Source: Fimbriimonadia bacterium
Lineage (GTDB): Bacteria; Armatimonadota; Fimbriimonadia; Fimbriimonadales; JABRVX01
DNA length: 64,000 bases
Direction: 5' to 3'
NCBI GenBank assembly: GCA_041483895.1
Contig: JBGPGO010000001.1
Span: 460,583-524,582, forward strand
Shown here piece by piece: positions 55,415-64,000 of this stretch. The notes beneath the pieces were generated by a model. It made no database searches and was not told the origin of the DNA. It saw nothing but the letters and a program-made list of their open reading frames with translations. The number at the start of each line of letters is the position of its first letter. Position 1 is the stretch's first letter. The translations under genes and the position numbers were made by a program.

Positions 55415-55801
55415 GTTCGCCCTCCCTGTAGAACTAAGCGCGTAGTTAAGCCGGAAGTCTAAGTTTGAACGGAATGACGGTACGAATACATGACCAATGG
55501 CGAGGGCCCGGTGGAAAGTTTCATTCGGACGGGCATCCCTACCGTCCGACCCAGTTAAAAACCGGCAATATCGCACGCACTGCCAGCGCCACCGCCAGAA
55601 GCCCCGGTCCCTCCACCGGGGCTTCACCCTTTCTGCCGTGGAGGTACCATAGAGCGATTGTAGCTGCGGGTCCGAATGCCACAAAGGCTGTAGCTGGCAC
55701 GAGGTCAGAGCCCGCGGGAGAACTGTAGGCGCGGGTCCGATGGCCGATACTGTTTCGTATGACGCGAGGTTGCGGCCCGCGCGGAATAACGGAGGTCTTG
55801 C

Positions 55802-56047
55802 ATGATTGGAACGAGAGTTACGCTGATCATCGGTCTGACGAACGGGACGGATATCGATTGCCCCGTGGAATCGCGCGAAGAAGCGGACAAGGTGATCGAG
55901 TCGATCAGGTCCGGGGGGAACATGGTAAGGCTATCGCGGGCCTCGTTTGCCAAGCGGCAGACGATGTCCGAGATCGGCAGCCGGGCGGTGACGTACGTCA
56001 ATCCGGCCTGCGTCGCCTACTGCCAGGTCCTCGGGGCGGAGGAGTAG
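55802..56047 (+). CDS. hypothetical protein
   Basis: GGAGG before ATG; 81 aa. Confidence 0.55.
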   Translation: MIGTRVTLIIGLTNGTDIDCPVESREEADKVIESIRSGGNMVRLSRASFAKRQTMSEIGSRAVTYVNPACVAYCQVLGAEE

Positions 56048-57213
56048 GGTTTTCGTTTGCGGAAGGCGAGGATGGGTAGGAGAAGCAGCGCCGTTGCCGG
56101 TTCGGGGACGGGGGTGGAAAGGTAGACAGACCAGAAGGAAGGGGTTCCATGGTTGTATGCCCAGAGCAGCTGCCCTCTATCGTTAAGATCGAGAATATCA
56201 ATGTTTGAGCCGCCCGTTGAAAAGCCAGGTCCGAAGAGATCTTGCGTCAGATTGAAATCGTTGATGTATAGGTTGAAGTCAGCCGTGTTGACATGGTTGT
56301 TGTGACCGACGAACGCAAGATCGCCTACCTCGTTCAGCCGGCAGATCTGTTTCGACACCGAGCCGTCGAAACCGAGTATAGCAGCGGATACGTCTGTTCC
56401 GTCCACATACAGGTGCGTCCCGTGGTAAGGCTGGCTCGATCCCAGCCAGAGCGCGTGTCCATTGTCGGTCATACCCATGATGTTGACGTACTTTCCATAT
56501 GCGTTTCCAAACACCTGTTGCGTCAGATCCACGCCGTCTTTCAGCAACTGCCAGTCGATCATCCCGACCTTCCCCTGGGCGACCCAACTGCCGACGTCGG
56601 AAATCCGGCCATAGTCAAATCCATTCGCTCCAGGGTAATCAATGGTGACAGGATAATCATCTACGAAGAATTCCGTCCTGCCACTGATCGCGTTCGCCAG
56701 ATATCCGACCTGACCGAGATTATTGATGTCCGTTGCATAGACTCTGCCGTTTTGGATCAGATCGTAGTTCTTATAGTCAAGCGTGTCGATCCCAGCGTCA
56801 TCCAGAGCCTTTTCCCAGATCACGTCTCCCTTGTCGTTCATGCCGACGGCCTTATCGTCGCCGTAGTTTGGCGCGGCGAGATCACTTATGTCCTCGGTAT
56901 TGCGGAAGACCCGCAATCTTGTCGAACCGACATAGCCACCACTAAAGAAAACGTCTCCTACCTCGTTCAGAGCTCGCACTCCGGAAGACTTGAGGCCTGG
57001 TATGCGATCGGCATAGATCTCTCCGTCATAAAGGAAATTGATGTTGCCGTTCTTGTATGCGTTGACGGCCCAGTCGCCTCGATTGTTTAGGAATCCGCCA
57101 CTAACATAGTCTGTGATTCCACCCAAGAGCTCCGTAGTCTGATACCGTTGCGCCTGAGCAGCGAGCACGAAGGTGCTGCTCAGGACCGCCAAGAGCAGTC
57201 TTGCTGTTCCCAT
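56017..57213 (-). CDS. PEP-CTERM sorting domain protein with beta-propeller-like repeats
   Basis: Signal peptide; repeated (L/M/I)N..G.V; VPEPATALLLLPILAFRKRK. Confidence 0.88.
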   Translation of the reverse strand: MGTARLLLAVLSSTFVLAAQAQRYQTTELLGGITDYVSGGFLNNRGDWAVNAYKNGNINFLYDGEIYADRIPGLKSSGVRALNEVGDVFFSGGYVGSTRLRVFRNTEDISDLAAPNYGDDKAVGMNDKGDVIWEKALDDAGIDTLDYKNYDLIQNGRVYATDINNLGQVGYLANAISGRTEFFVDDYPVTIDYPGANGFDYGRISDVGSWVAQGKVGMIDWQLLKDGVDLTQQVFGNAYGKYVNIMGMTDNGHALWLGSSQPYHGTHLYVDGTDVSAAILGFDGSVSKQICRLNEVGDLAFVGHNNHVNTADFNLYINDFNLTQDLFGPGFSTGGSNIDILDLNDRGQLLWAYNHGTPSFWSVYLSTPVPEPATALLLLPILAFRKRKPYSSAPRTWQ

Positions 57214-57550
57214 CTTCCTTCCATCCTCACTTTAACCGCTACGGATCGGTGACTCCACCTTCCGTCAGGCAGCGGATCAAATCAATTTCATGCCCATAGA
57301 GCGATACATTATTCCAGCCGGCGGACAGGAAATACTCCATCGAGAGGCCTTCCTTCTCGAAAGTTCGGTCCAGCCCTATGATACACCGAATCGGCTTACC
57401 GCGCAACTTTGCCGCGCTGCTGGTGGGTGCGGCGCTTCCAACCTTACTGTCTCTGGTACCCTAGTGCCATGAATATGCGTTCAGTACCCTCCATCGTGTT
57501 GGTGTCCGTCCCCTTGCTGTCGTCAACTTCTGGCATACAGCAAAGAATCA

Positions 57551-58639
57551 GTGGATCGTCATCGGCAAAATGCCGCTCGATCTGAAGTGATTTTCAGGAC
57601 GAAGCGCGCAGTCCGATGCAGTGATCGAGACCATCAAGGCCGGGAAATTGCGATCGATTGCAATCTGGTCGTGTTGACGCTTGTGTTTTCAATTGTGCTC
57701 TTCGCGGTCGGCGGCTGCCGAAAGTCCGAGCGTGGAATCGACATCGGCAGTTGGTTGCCAACCATTGGGGAGCCCGATTTCCACGGCCATATCTATCAGA
57801 TCACGGAAGCCAACTCGGAAGTCACGAAGCCCAATGGAATCACGCAGGCCGGACCGCGGTTGACGATGTCCGAAGACACATATACAAGGGACGGACGGCC
57901 CCTGGAATCAGGTCTTTTTGGTCCCGATGGCGAGAAAACCGGACGCACCGAGTGGCATTACGACGACAAGGGCCGAGTGACGAGGGAGGTCACGTCTGAC
58001 GATGCAGACAAGCACACTAGCGTTACGAACTACTCGTGGGATGAGAAACAAAAAATCGGCCGAGCGCTGACCGAGCGCGTAGATCAATCCGGCAAAACCG
58101 AGCGCACCACCACCGAATATCGATACGATGCCGACGAGAAAGTGATTGACGTTAGGCACTACCACGAGAATAAGAAAATGTTTGATCGGTTCGTTTACGG
58201 TTACGACGACAAGGGGCGAGAGACCGTCGACACGATGTATTATGGGAGCGGCATCGTTACACACAAAGAGATGACGTCATATGATTCAGTCGGACGCATC
58301 CAGTCGGAAACGCGGATCTCGTATCTGGAGCCGAATCGTCCGATCTTGTCACGTACGGTCCGATCATACAGCACCAATGCACCGAAGCGATACACATACG
58401 AATCCCGTGACGCCAAGGGGCGGCTGTGGGGTACCGGAAAAACGGATGACCACGGCGAGCGCGTGTTTTCCCGTGCCGCAAATTCGGATGGCGCCGAGAG
58501 AGATGCCAACCGGTGGGAGTTCACCTACGATTCAGTCGGGAACTGGATTGTCCGCTGGCACTATAACCATGGGAAAAAAGGCGATTGGTGGCCGGACCAG
58601 GTGCGGTATCGGGAAATCAGCTACTATCCAGCGAAGTGA
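57551..58639 (+). CDS. YD-repeat lipoprotein (start uncertain)
   Basis: Lipobox LFAVGGC; YDDKGR, YDSVG repeats; YDSVGNWI..REISYY end. Confidence 0.7.
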   Translation: MDRHRQNAARSEVIFRTKRAVRCSDRDHQGREIAIDCNLVVLTLVFSIVLFAVGGCRKSERGIDIGSWLPTIGEPDFHGHIYQITEANSEVTKPNGITQAGPRLTMSEDTYTRDGRPLESGLFGPDGEKTGRTEWHYDDKGRVTREVTSDDADKHTSVTNYSWDEKQKIGRALTERVDQSGKTERTTTEYRYDADEKVIDVRHYHENKKMFDRFVYGYDDKGRETVDTMYYGSGIVTHKEMTSYDSVGRIQSETRISYLEPNRPILSRTVRSYSTNAPKRYTYESRDAKGRLWGTGKTDDHGERVFSRAANSDGAERDANRWEFTYDSVGNWIVRWHYNHGKKGDWWPDQVRYREISYYPAK

Positions 58640-58716
58640 GCCACTCTAGCTTCCCAGTCCCTATTGTAAAGGCAAAAGGGATGCTTCGGCCAAATCTCTG
58701 ATACAATAGCCCTGAG

Positions 58717-59454
58717 ATGAAGAGCGCGTTTACTTTGATCGAGCTGTTGGTCGTCATCGCCATCATCGCCATCTTGGCGGCGATACTGTTCCCCGTGTTC
58801 GCCGCCGCCAGGCAGAAGGCCCATCAGACCGCCTGCGGGTCCAACGCCCGGCAGATCTCTATCGCCTATTACGGCTACACCGGAGACAGCAACGACACCT
58901 TCCCTATCGAGAACTACGGCGGCAACATCTGCGGCGTGATGTGGATTGACTTCCTGCAGCCCTATATCAAGGACAAGCAGGTGTTCATGTGCCCGTCCAT
59001 CTCCAAAGTGGTGCTGCTGCCGGCCTGCCAGAACGAGCAGGGCCGAACCGCCTACTGGACCAATGCCTACCTGCATCGCTTTTATCCGAGGGCGTGGGGC
59101 GGGCGGCCGTTCCACTCTTTCCGCTGGCCGATGGTGCGCTTCCCTTCGACCTTGGTGGCGTTTTGCGAAGGCGACGTGTCCTATGGGCATCGCGCTTGGA
59201 CCGTCAACCCGACGAATCCCAAGTGCGGTTGGATTACCCAATACGACGCGAAGTACAGCAAGAATACGGACAACCGGCACAACGGGGGCGGCAACTATCC
59301 GTTCATTGACGGGCATGCGAAATGGTTGATGCCGGATCGGATTTTGACGGAGACGGCCTACAATCCCGCCGATCCGGATTTGGAGAGTCAGTACATCGGC
59401 TCGGCGTGCCAGAACCCGCGCAACGACGGCACGCATCCCTGGTTTCGGCCGTAA
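58717..59454 (+). CDS. prepilin-type N-terminal methylation / DUF1559 protein with H-X9-DG motif
   Basis: AFTLIELLVVIAIIAILAAILFPVF, CGSN.RQ, F.CPS, RHNGGGNYPFIDGHAK. Confidence 0.93.
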   Translation: MKSAFTLIELLVVIAIIAILAAILFPVFAAARQKAHQTACGSNARQISIAYYGYTGDSNDTFPIENYGGNICGVMWIDFLQPYIKDKQVFMCPSISKVVLLPACQNEQGRTAYWTNAYLHRFYPRAWGGRPFHSFRWPMVRFPSTLVAFCEGDVSYGHRAWTVNPTNPKCGWITQYDAKYSKNTDNRHNGGGNYPFIDGHAKWLMPDRILTETAYNPADPDLESQYIGSACQNPRNDGTHPWFRP

Positions 59455-59458
59455 GGAA

Positions 59459-59698
59459 CCCCCACCCAACCCTCCCCCTTTTTGCCGGCGAATTCAATGC
59501 AGGAGCTATCGGCGGGCGGCAAAAAAGGGGAGGGCTTTGCCGGCGCGATGTGTCGGGGTTCACGTGCGCCGATATCCTTGGTTTGCCTGCAACCCTAGAC
59601 CCCGACACGGAACGAAGAAAAACCCCCACCCAACCCTCCCCCTTTTCCCGGTTGTCGCCGCTTGAGAGCATTCGACAGACGGGAAAAAAGGGGAGGGC
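59459..59698. repeat. REP mosaic between convergent genes
   Basis: 2 x cccccacccaaccctcccccttt..aaaggggaggg flanking a 59-bp GTGTCGGGGT element. Confidence 0.85.
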
Positions 59699-59708
59699 TT
59701 TCCAATTA

Positions 59709-60095
59709 TTAGGTGCCGTATCCGGGAGGAAGCTCCTTCGCCATCTGCCAATGGTAGTCGGGATGCTGCTCGGCCATCAATGTCGGCAGGTTGACCTTCA
59801 CGAACATAAACCCATACACGCCCAGATAGGCGCAGATCGCGAGCCGCGACCATTTCTTCACAAAATCGGGCCGATGGTGTTTTGCATACTCCAAAATGAG
59901 CAGCGGCAGCGCCGTCATCATGCTTTTCATCAGGATCAGCATCGGGATGCCGTGTCCCAGGTAGAAATTCATGATCGGGTTGCCTTCGTAGGCGCGCTCG
60001 GATTGTACGAGATTGATGGTCAGTACGAGGTCCACCATCGCGATCAAAGCAATAATGTATGTTTCTATACTCAGCCGTCTTAGTGCCAGTGCCAT
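59709..60095 (-). CDS. DUF5658-like membrane protein
   Basis: DLVLT..EGNPIM..K motif, 3 TM; RBS ggagg. Confidence 0.7.
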   Translation of the reverse strand: MALALRRLSIETYIIALIAMVDLVLTINLVQSERAYEGNPIMNFYLGHGIPMLILMKSMMTALPLLILEYAKHHRPDFVKKWSRLAICAYLGVYGFMFVKVNLPTLMAEQHPDYHWQMAKELPPGYGT

Positions 60096-60254
60096 TCCCC
60101 ACTCCCTCCGCAAACCAATCTCCGCGTATCGGTTTTCCATGCGGAGCTGGCCGGTGGGAGATAAAAAGGCCTCGAGGAATGAAGTCAAGGGTTGTTGCCG
60201 GGTCACCGTTCACCTACGAAAATTTACTGGTAGGTTGAATTGTCGGCTTTTGGT

Positions 60255-61268
60255 TCAGTCGGCGTTAGATTTCGGTTCAGCAGGGCGGAGGAGTTCTCTA
60301 TCCGGTGTGGATAACTCGTCGGCTGTTCGCAGCAGACTCTGGTGCTCTTGCTCATCCGGCGCCACTGCGCGCAACAACCGGAGGTGACCTTCGCGGTCCT
60401 CGATCCGGGCGCGGATGGAGACGGCCGCTGCGTCGAGCTCCGCCGCAAGCTGCTCATTCGGTGGAAGCTGGTTGCGGAGCCCCATCGCGAACTGATTCAG
60501 TCGCCGGATCGCCGGCTCGCAGGAAGACATGCCGAGCACTCGCCCAATGGCCCGCACGACTGCCAATCGGGCTTCCGGCGGGTCGGTGCGGAGGTAGAGA
60601 CAGTCCACAACGTTCACGATGCCGATGTTGCCGATGCTGTCAACAATGTCCTGTGTGACGTTCGGCAACACTTCGCCAAACCGATGGCTGACGATTGGTT
60701 GCAGGTCCGGTTCCTGGCATGCCAGCGCCAGCGCGCCGATCTGATTCGGGTCTTTCCAGTTCGATACAACGTCGAGAATGCTCTGCTCCAATCGCCGCAG
60801 CAATGGCCGGTTGAAGAAGCGCAATAGAAACGCCCCGGCGATGCAGGTCGCCGCGGCAATGGCCAGCACCGATAGAACTTCTTCGACTAGCTGAGCAAAA
60901 CTGGCCGGCGACAGGACCATCAGCAATACGATGATCGAATAACCGGAAAGCAGAACCACGAGGCCGAAGATGGCAAATTGCGCGGTGCGGCCATGGTCCA
61001 GCACTCTTCTTCGGTTTCTCCAGACCTCGTCAATCACGGTGCGCAAGATCATCTGATCGTGGGTCGCGCTGAGGTATCGCATCAGTTCTTGCTTTTCGGG
61101 GCCGTCGGGCTGGGAGAGCCGCCGCATGATCTCCACCGGATGCAAGAGCTGGAAATCGGGATTTCTGGGGTCGTGGGTCCATCCGCACCGACTGCACCGC
61201 ATCCGGTGGGTGTCTTTTTCGAATTCAACCGTTCCCTTGCCGCCGCAATTCAGGCATTTGGTCTGCAC
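60255..61268 (-). CDS. zinc-ribbon, 2-TM, helical-repeat protein with LLR-motif tail (paralog 2)
   Basis: CLNC..CSRC, two TM, tail LLRA/LLRT/LLRP; TGTTACAAT 6 nt before GTG. Confidence 0.75.
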   Translation of the reverse strand: MQTKCLNCGGKGTVEFEKDTHRMRCSRCGWTHDPRNPDFQLLHPVEIMRRLSQPDGPEKQELMRYLSATHDQMILRTVIDEVWRNRRRVLDHGRTAQFAIFGLVVLLSGYSIIVLLMVLSPASFAQLVEEVLSVLAIAAATCIAGAFLLRFFNRPLLRRLEQSILDVVSNWKDPNQIGALALACQEPDLQPIVSHRFGEVLPNVTQDIVDSIGNIGIVNVVDCLYLRTDPPEARLAVVRAIGRVLGMSSCEPAIRRLNQFAMGLRNQLPPNEQLAAELDAAAVSIRARIEDREGHLRLLRAVAPDEQEHQSLLRTADELSTPDRELLRPAEPKSNAD

Positions 61269-61290
61269 AGATCCATTGTAACATTGTTCG

Positions 61291-62280
61291 CTATTCGTTG
61301 TGCGGTTCTGCGGGGCGGAGTAGCTCTTGATCGGGCATCGGAGCCTCGGTGGCGGCACGGAGAAGGTCCTCGTTTGACGGCTCGGCGGCACGGAGGAGTC
61401 GCCGGTCATCTTTGCGGGATCTGATTCTCTTGCGCACGGATGCGGCGGCATCCCTTAGCGCCTTCTCAGCGATGGCGTCTGCTCCAGAATAACGTCCAGC
61501 CAGCTCCTCCATGGAAGGCGCAGCTCGCCAATTGGTGGACATACCAAGGACATGGGCCAACCCAGTATGGAGCTTGGCTCGCCGATCCCGGCTATCCATT
61601 GGAAGATACAAGCAGCTGATCAGATTTCGGATGGTGACATCGGACATCGATTCGACCTGCTTTGCGGTTACGGACGGAAGTGATTCCAGCAGCGCATCGA
61701 TGGCATATTCTCGCAGAACGTCATCGCCGCAACTGGCCGCGAGCCCGGCGATTCGATCCGGTCCTTGCCATTGTCCGACGATACCAACGATCGTTTTGTT
61801 CAGACGGTCAAACGCATGTCGATTGGGCTTCATCAACCACAGTGCGGCGGCGATCCCAAGCACGGATGTTGCGGCAATGGCATTGAGTCCGGCACCTGTA
61901 GTTTCGAACAAGCCGGTTGAATTCGTCACCGAAAGAAAGAGAAGGTACAGCAACCAGCACGATATAGCCGCGATTAGTGCGTAACAGACGATTGCCGGAC
62001 CACCCACGTAGCGAACCCTGTGCCGCTCGCCCCAAACTCTTTCTACGAGAGTTTGTTGCAATTTCGGATTGTCGGTAGTCACAAGATCGCGAATGATCTG
62101 CTCCTTTTCGGCGCTATGTGGTGCTGCGAGCAAGCGGATCAGAAGCGCAGAAGGAATGCCGGTCGAGATCCCTTGCTCTCCATAGGGTGTCCAGGAGCAC
62201 TTGGAGCAACGAGCGACCTGCTGGTCGTCGTTGAAGCTGAGTCCGCCTTGCGCGCCGCATTTGGGGCAATAGACCTTCAC
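61291..62280 (-). CDS. zinc-ribbon, 2-TM, helical-repeat protein with LLR-motif tail (paralog 1)
   Basis: CPKC..CSKC, two TM, tail LLRA/LLRA/LLRP; TGTTACAAT 6 nt before GTG. Confidence 0.75.
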   Translation of the reverse strand: MKVYCPKCGAQGGLSFNDDQQVARCSKCSWTPYGEQGISTGIPSALLIRLLAAPHSAEKEQIIRDLVTTDNPKLQQTLVERVWGERHRVRYVGGPAIVCYALIAAISCWLLYLLFLSVTNSTGLFETTGAGLNAIAATSVLGIAAALWLMKPNRHAFDRLNKTIVGIVGQWQGPDRIAGLAASCGDDVLREYAIDALLESLPSVTAKQVESMSDVTIRNLISCLYLPMDSRDRRAKLHTGLAHVLGMSTNWRAAPSMEELAGRYSGADAIAEKALRDAAASVRKRIRSRKDDRRLLRAAEPSNEDLLRAATEAPMPDQELLRPAEPHNE

Positions 62281-62343
62281 GCTTTGATTGTAACACCACC
62301 AAATCGGATATCATTCGTCAATCATTGAGCGGGGAGGAAGAAA

Positions 62344-62925
62344 ATGGCGGATAAAGAGCAATTGAAGAAGGAGATCGAAGAGGTCTACCATACCTTGGAG
62401 AAGACCAGGGAGCGCATGAAGGAGTTGGCGAAGGAGATGTTGGCGGGAGAAGGGGAGATTCAGGACTACTCCTTCACCCAGACCGACGGCACGCCGATCA
62501 AGCTATCGCAGCTATTCGGCGACAAGGATGACCTGATCCTGATCCACAACATGGGAAAAAGCTGCCCCTATTGCACGCTGTGGGCGGACGGGTTCATCGG
62601 CTTTTCCAAGCACATCCAGCAGCGCGCGGGGTTCGTACTGGTCAACAAGGACGATATCGCCACGCAGAAGGAGTTTGCGGCGAGCCGAGGCTGGAACTAC
62701 AAGACGGTCTCCAGCAAGGACTCGACCTTCAACAAAGACATGGGGTACGAGGAGCCGGACGGCAGCCAGATGCCGGGAGTGTCGGCGTTTCATAAGGAGA
62801 ACGGGAAGATCTATCGGACGGGGAAGGATTTCTTTGGCCCCGGCGATACCTATTGCGCGATCTGGCCGATGTTCGACCTGTTGAAAGACGGTCCGAACGG
62901 CTTCGAGCCCAAGTACACGTACTGA
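62344..62925 (+). CDS. DUF899 family thioredoxin-like protein
   Basis: LSQLFG, HNMG..CPYCTLWADG, SS..STFN.D, PGVSAF. Confidence 0.85.
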   Translation: MADKEQLKKEIEEVYHTLEKTRERMKELAKEMLAGEGEIQDYSFTQTDGTPIKLSQLFGDKDDLILIHNMGKSCPYCTLWADGFIGFSKHIQQRAGFVLVNKDDIATQKEFAASRGWNYKTVSSKDSTFNKDMGYEEPDGSQMPGVSAFHKENGKIYRTGKDFFGPGDTYCAIWPMFDLLKDGPNGFEPKYTY

Positions 62926-62939
62926 CGAGGGATGCGTGG

Positions 62940-63098
62940 GATGCGACCGGTCTCCTGACCGAGTCGCGGGATGCCTTCGGAAAGACTTCTGCGACTCGGT
63001 CAGGAGACCGGTCGCATCGAGCACGTACTGAGGTGCGATGTGTCGGGGTCCTCGCGTGGCAGTATCCTTGGACTGCCGGCAACCGAAGACCCCGACAC
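62940..63098. repeat. GATG-footed REP inverted pair plus 59-bp element
   Basis: gatgcgaccggtctcctgaccgagtcgc..gcgactcggtcaggagaccggtcgcatc (62940-63018), then 63040-63098. Confidence 0.9.
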
Positions 63099-63226
63099 GG
63101 AAAGTTTGACCACGGTGGACGCGGTGTATACATTGGATATTGGAATTTCCGAGCCACCAACGCGGGTCTTTGGGTCGGCAAGTGGAAGGGGTATCACAAT
63201 GCGGACCCGCGCCTACTGAAAATACA

Positions 63227-63778
63227 TTAATCGCGAACGAGGCCGAGGATTCGTGCGATCGTCTTCTTGATGGATTCGTCATCCATAAAGGTCTGGCGGA
63301 ACAGCTCGTCGAGGAGGCCGAAGGCATCTAAAAGGGCCTGGATGCGGGCGCGATAGGTCTCAACCGGCTCGGTTTTGGGCTCGCTGCGAACCAGGTCAAG
63401 GCACTCCCGCAGGGCGGTCACTGTCGGGTCGACCTCCCGCCGCTTACGCTCCCGCACGACGCGGGCGAACATCTGCCACACGTCGGTGTCGGAAAAATAG
63501 ACGTCCCGCCGGTCGCCGGGCCGCTTGAACCGCCGCACGATTCCCCACGCCATCAGCTCCCGCAGGTTCATGCTGGCATTCCCTCGGCTGATTTGCAGCC
63601 GGTCGATGATGTCGTCCATGGTATAGCGTTCCCCGGTGATGTAGAGCAGCGCGTGGATCTGGGCCATCGTGCGGTTGATGCCCCACGAGGAGCTCATTCG
63701 CCCCCATTCTAAAACAAACAACTCTTGGGCATCCGACAGCTTGATCGAAAGTTCCGAACTTTCATTCTCTTTTGGCAC
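63227..63778 (-). CDS. GbsR/MarR-family transcriptional regulator
   Basis: WG.M.S.WGINRTMAQIHALL, ISRGNASMNLREL..WG, PGDRR..F. Confidence 0.9.
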   Translation of the reverse strand: MPKENESSELSIKLSDAQELFVLEWGRMSSSWGINRTMAQIHALLYITGERYTMDDIIDRLQISRGNASMNLRELMAWGIVRRFKRPGDRRDVYFSDTDVWQMFARVVRERKRREVDPTVTALRECLDLVRSEPKTEPVETYRARIQALLDAFGLLDELFRQTFMDDESIKKTIARILGLVRD

Positions 63779-63795
63779 GGTGCTTATTGTACCGA

Positions 63796-63887
63796 GTGCC
63801 GGGGTCCTAGGTTCTGCAATGCCACCGATATCGACGAACGAGGACCCCGGCACATCGAGCCCCCACCCCAACCCTCCCCCGCAAGCG
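63796..63887. repeat. 58-bp GTGCCGGGGT element plus partial ccccaccccaaccctccccc REP
   Basis: Matches families seen at 45770/59550/63040 and 41430. Confidence 0.8.
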
Positions 63888-64000
63888 TGTTTAGACCGGG
63901 GAGATAGTTTACTGGTGTTCGGAGACATGGTTTACACATGATTGTCCTGGTTTTTGTCCGTTCTAAGATTAATCTGACCGATCCGTTTGGCGCAAAACCA

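Noticed and set aside
57220..57300. Riboswitch upstream of the PEP-CTERM gene
   Set aside because: Can pair (ccgct/acgga..tccgt/agcgg) but lacks a recognisable aptamer consensus.
60306..60314. Perfect DnaA box TGTGGATAA as oriC
   Set aside because: Single copy inside a coding region, far from dnaA.

Overview
GC-rich bacterial chromosomal segment. The lineage is probably Armatimonadota (Fimbriimonadia-like); this is inferred from a DUF1559/H-X9-DG prepilin-like gene, a PEP-CTERM protein, a dockerin-like C-terminal sorting tail and many apparently leaderless genes. Core genes: rpsB-tsf-pyrH-frr-uppS-dxr-rseP, ugd, ppx, tdh, mutY, dnaA-pheA, hemJ-moeB, ilvC, ymdB, a sugar ABC/GH2 operon and a cheD-HDOD-cheR-cheX cluster. 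No rRNA, tRNA or CRISPR was seen. Accessory highlights: (1) two paralogous secreted genes downstream of rseP, each followed by a near-synonymous 30-bp copy of the rseP 3' end and preceded by a TTGACA-17-TAAACT promoter, resembling an integrase-less cassette array; (2) a secreted caspase-like/DUF4384 protein, a partner and a subtilase in one operon, all carrying Arg-Gly junction motifs; (3) many REP-like palindrome families, some inserted in frame in ppx and mutY and others at gene truncation points; (4) a decayed split-Rhs toxin/immunity region cut by an IS3 element; (5) CheD and CheX both lacking canonical catalytic residues. All functional calls are by motif recognition only; no searches were run.
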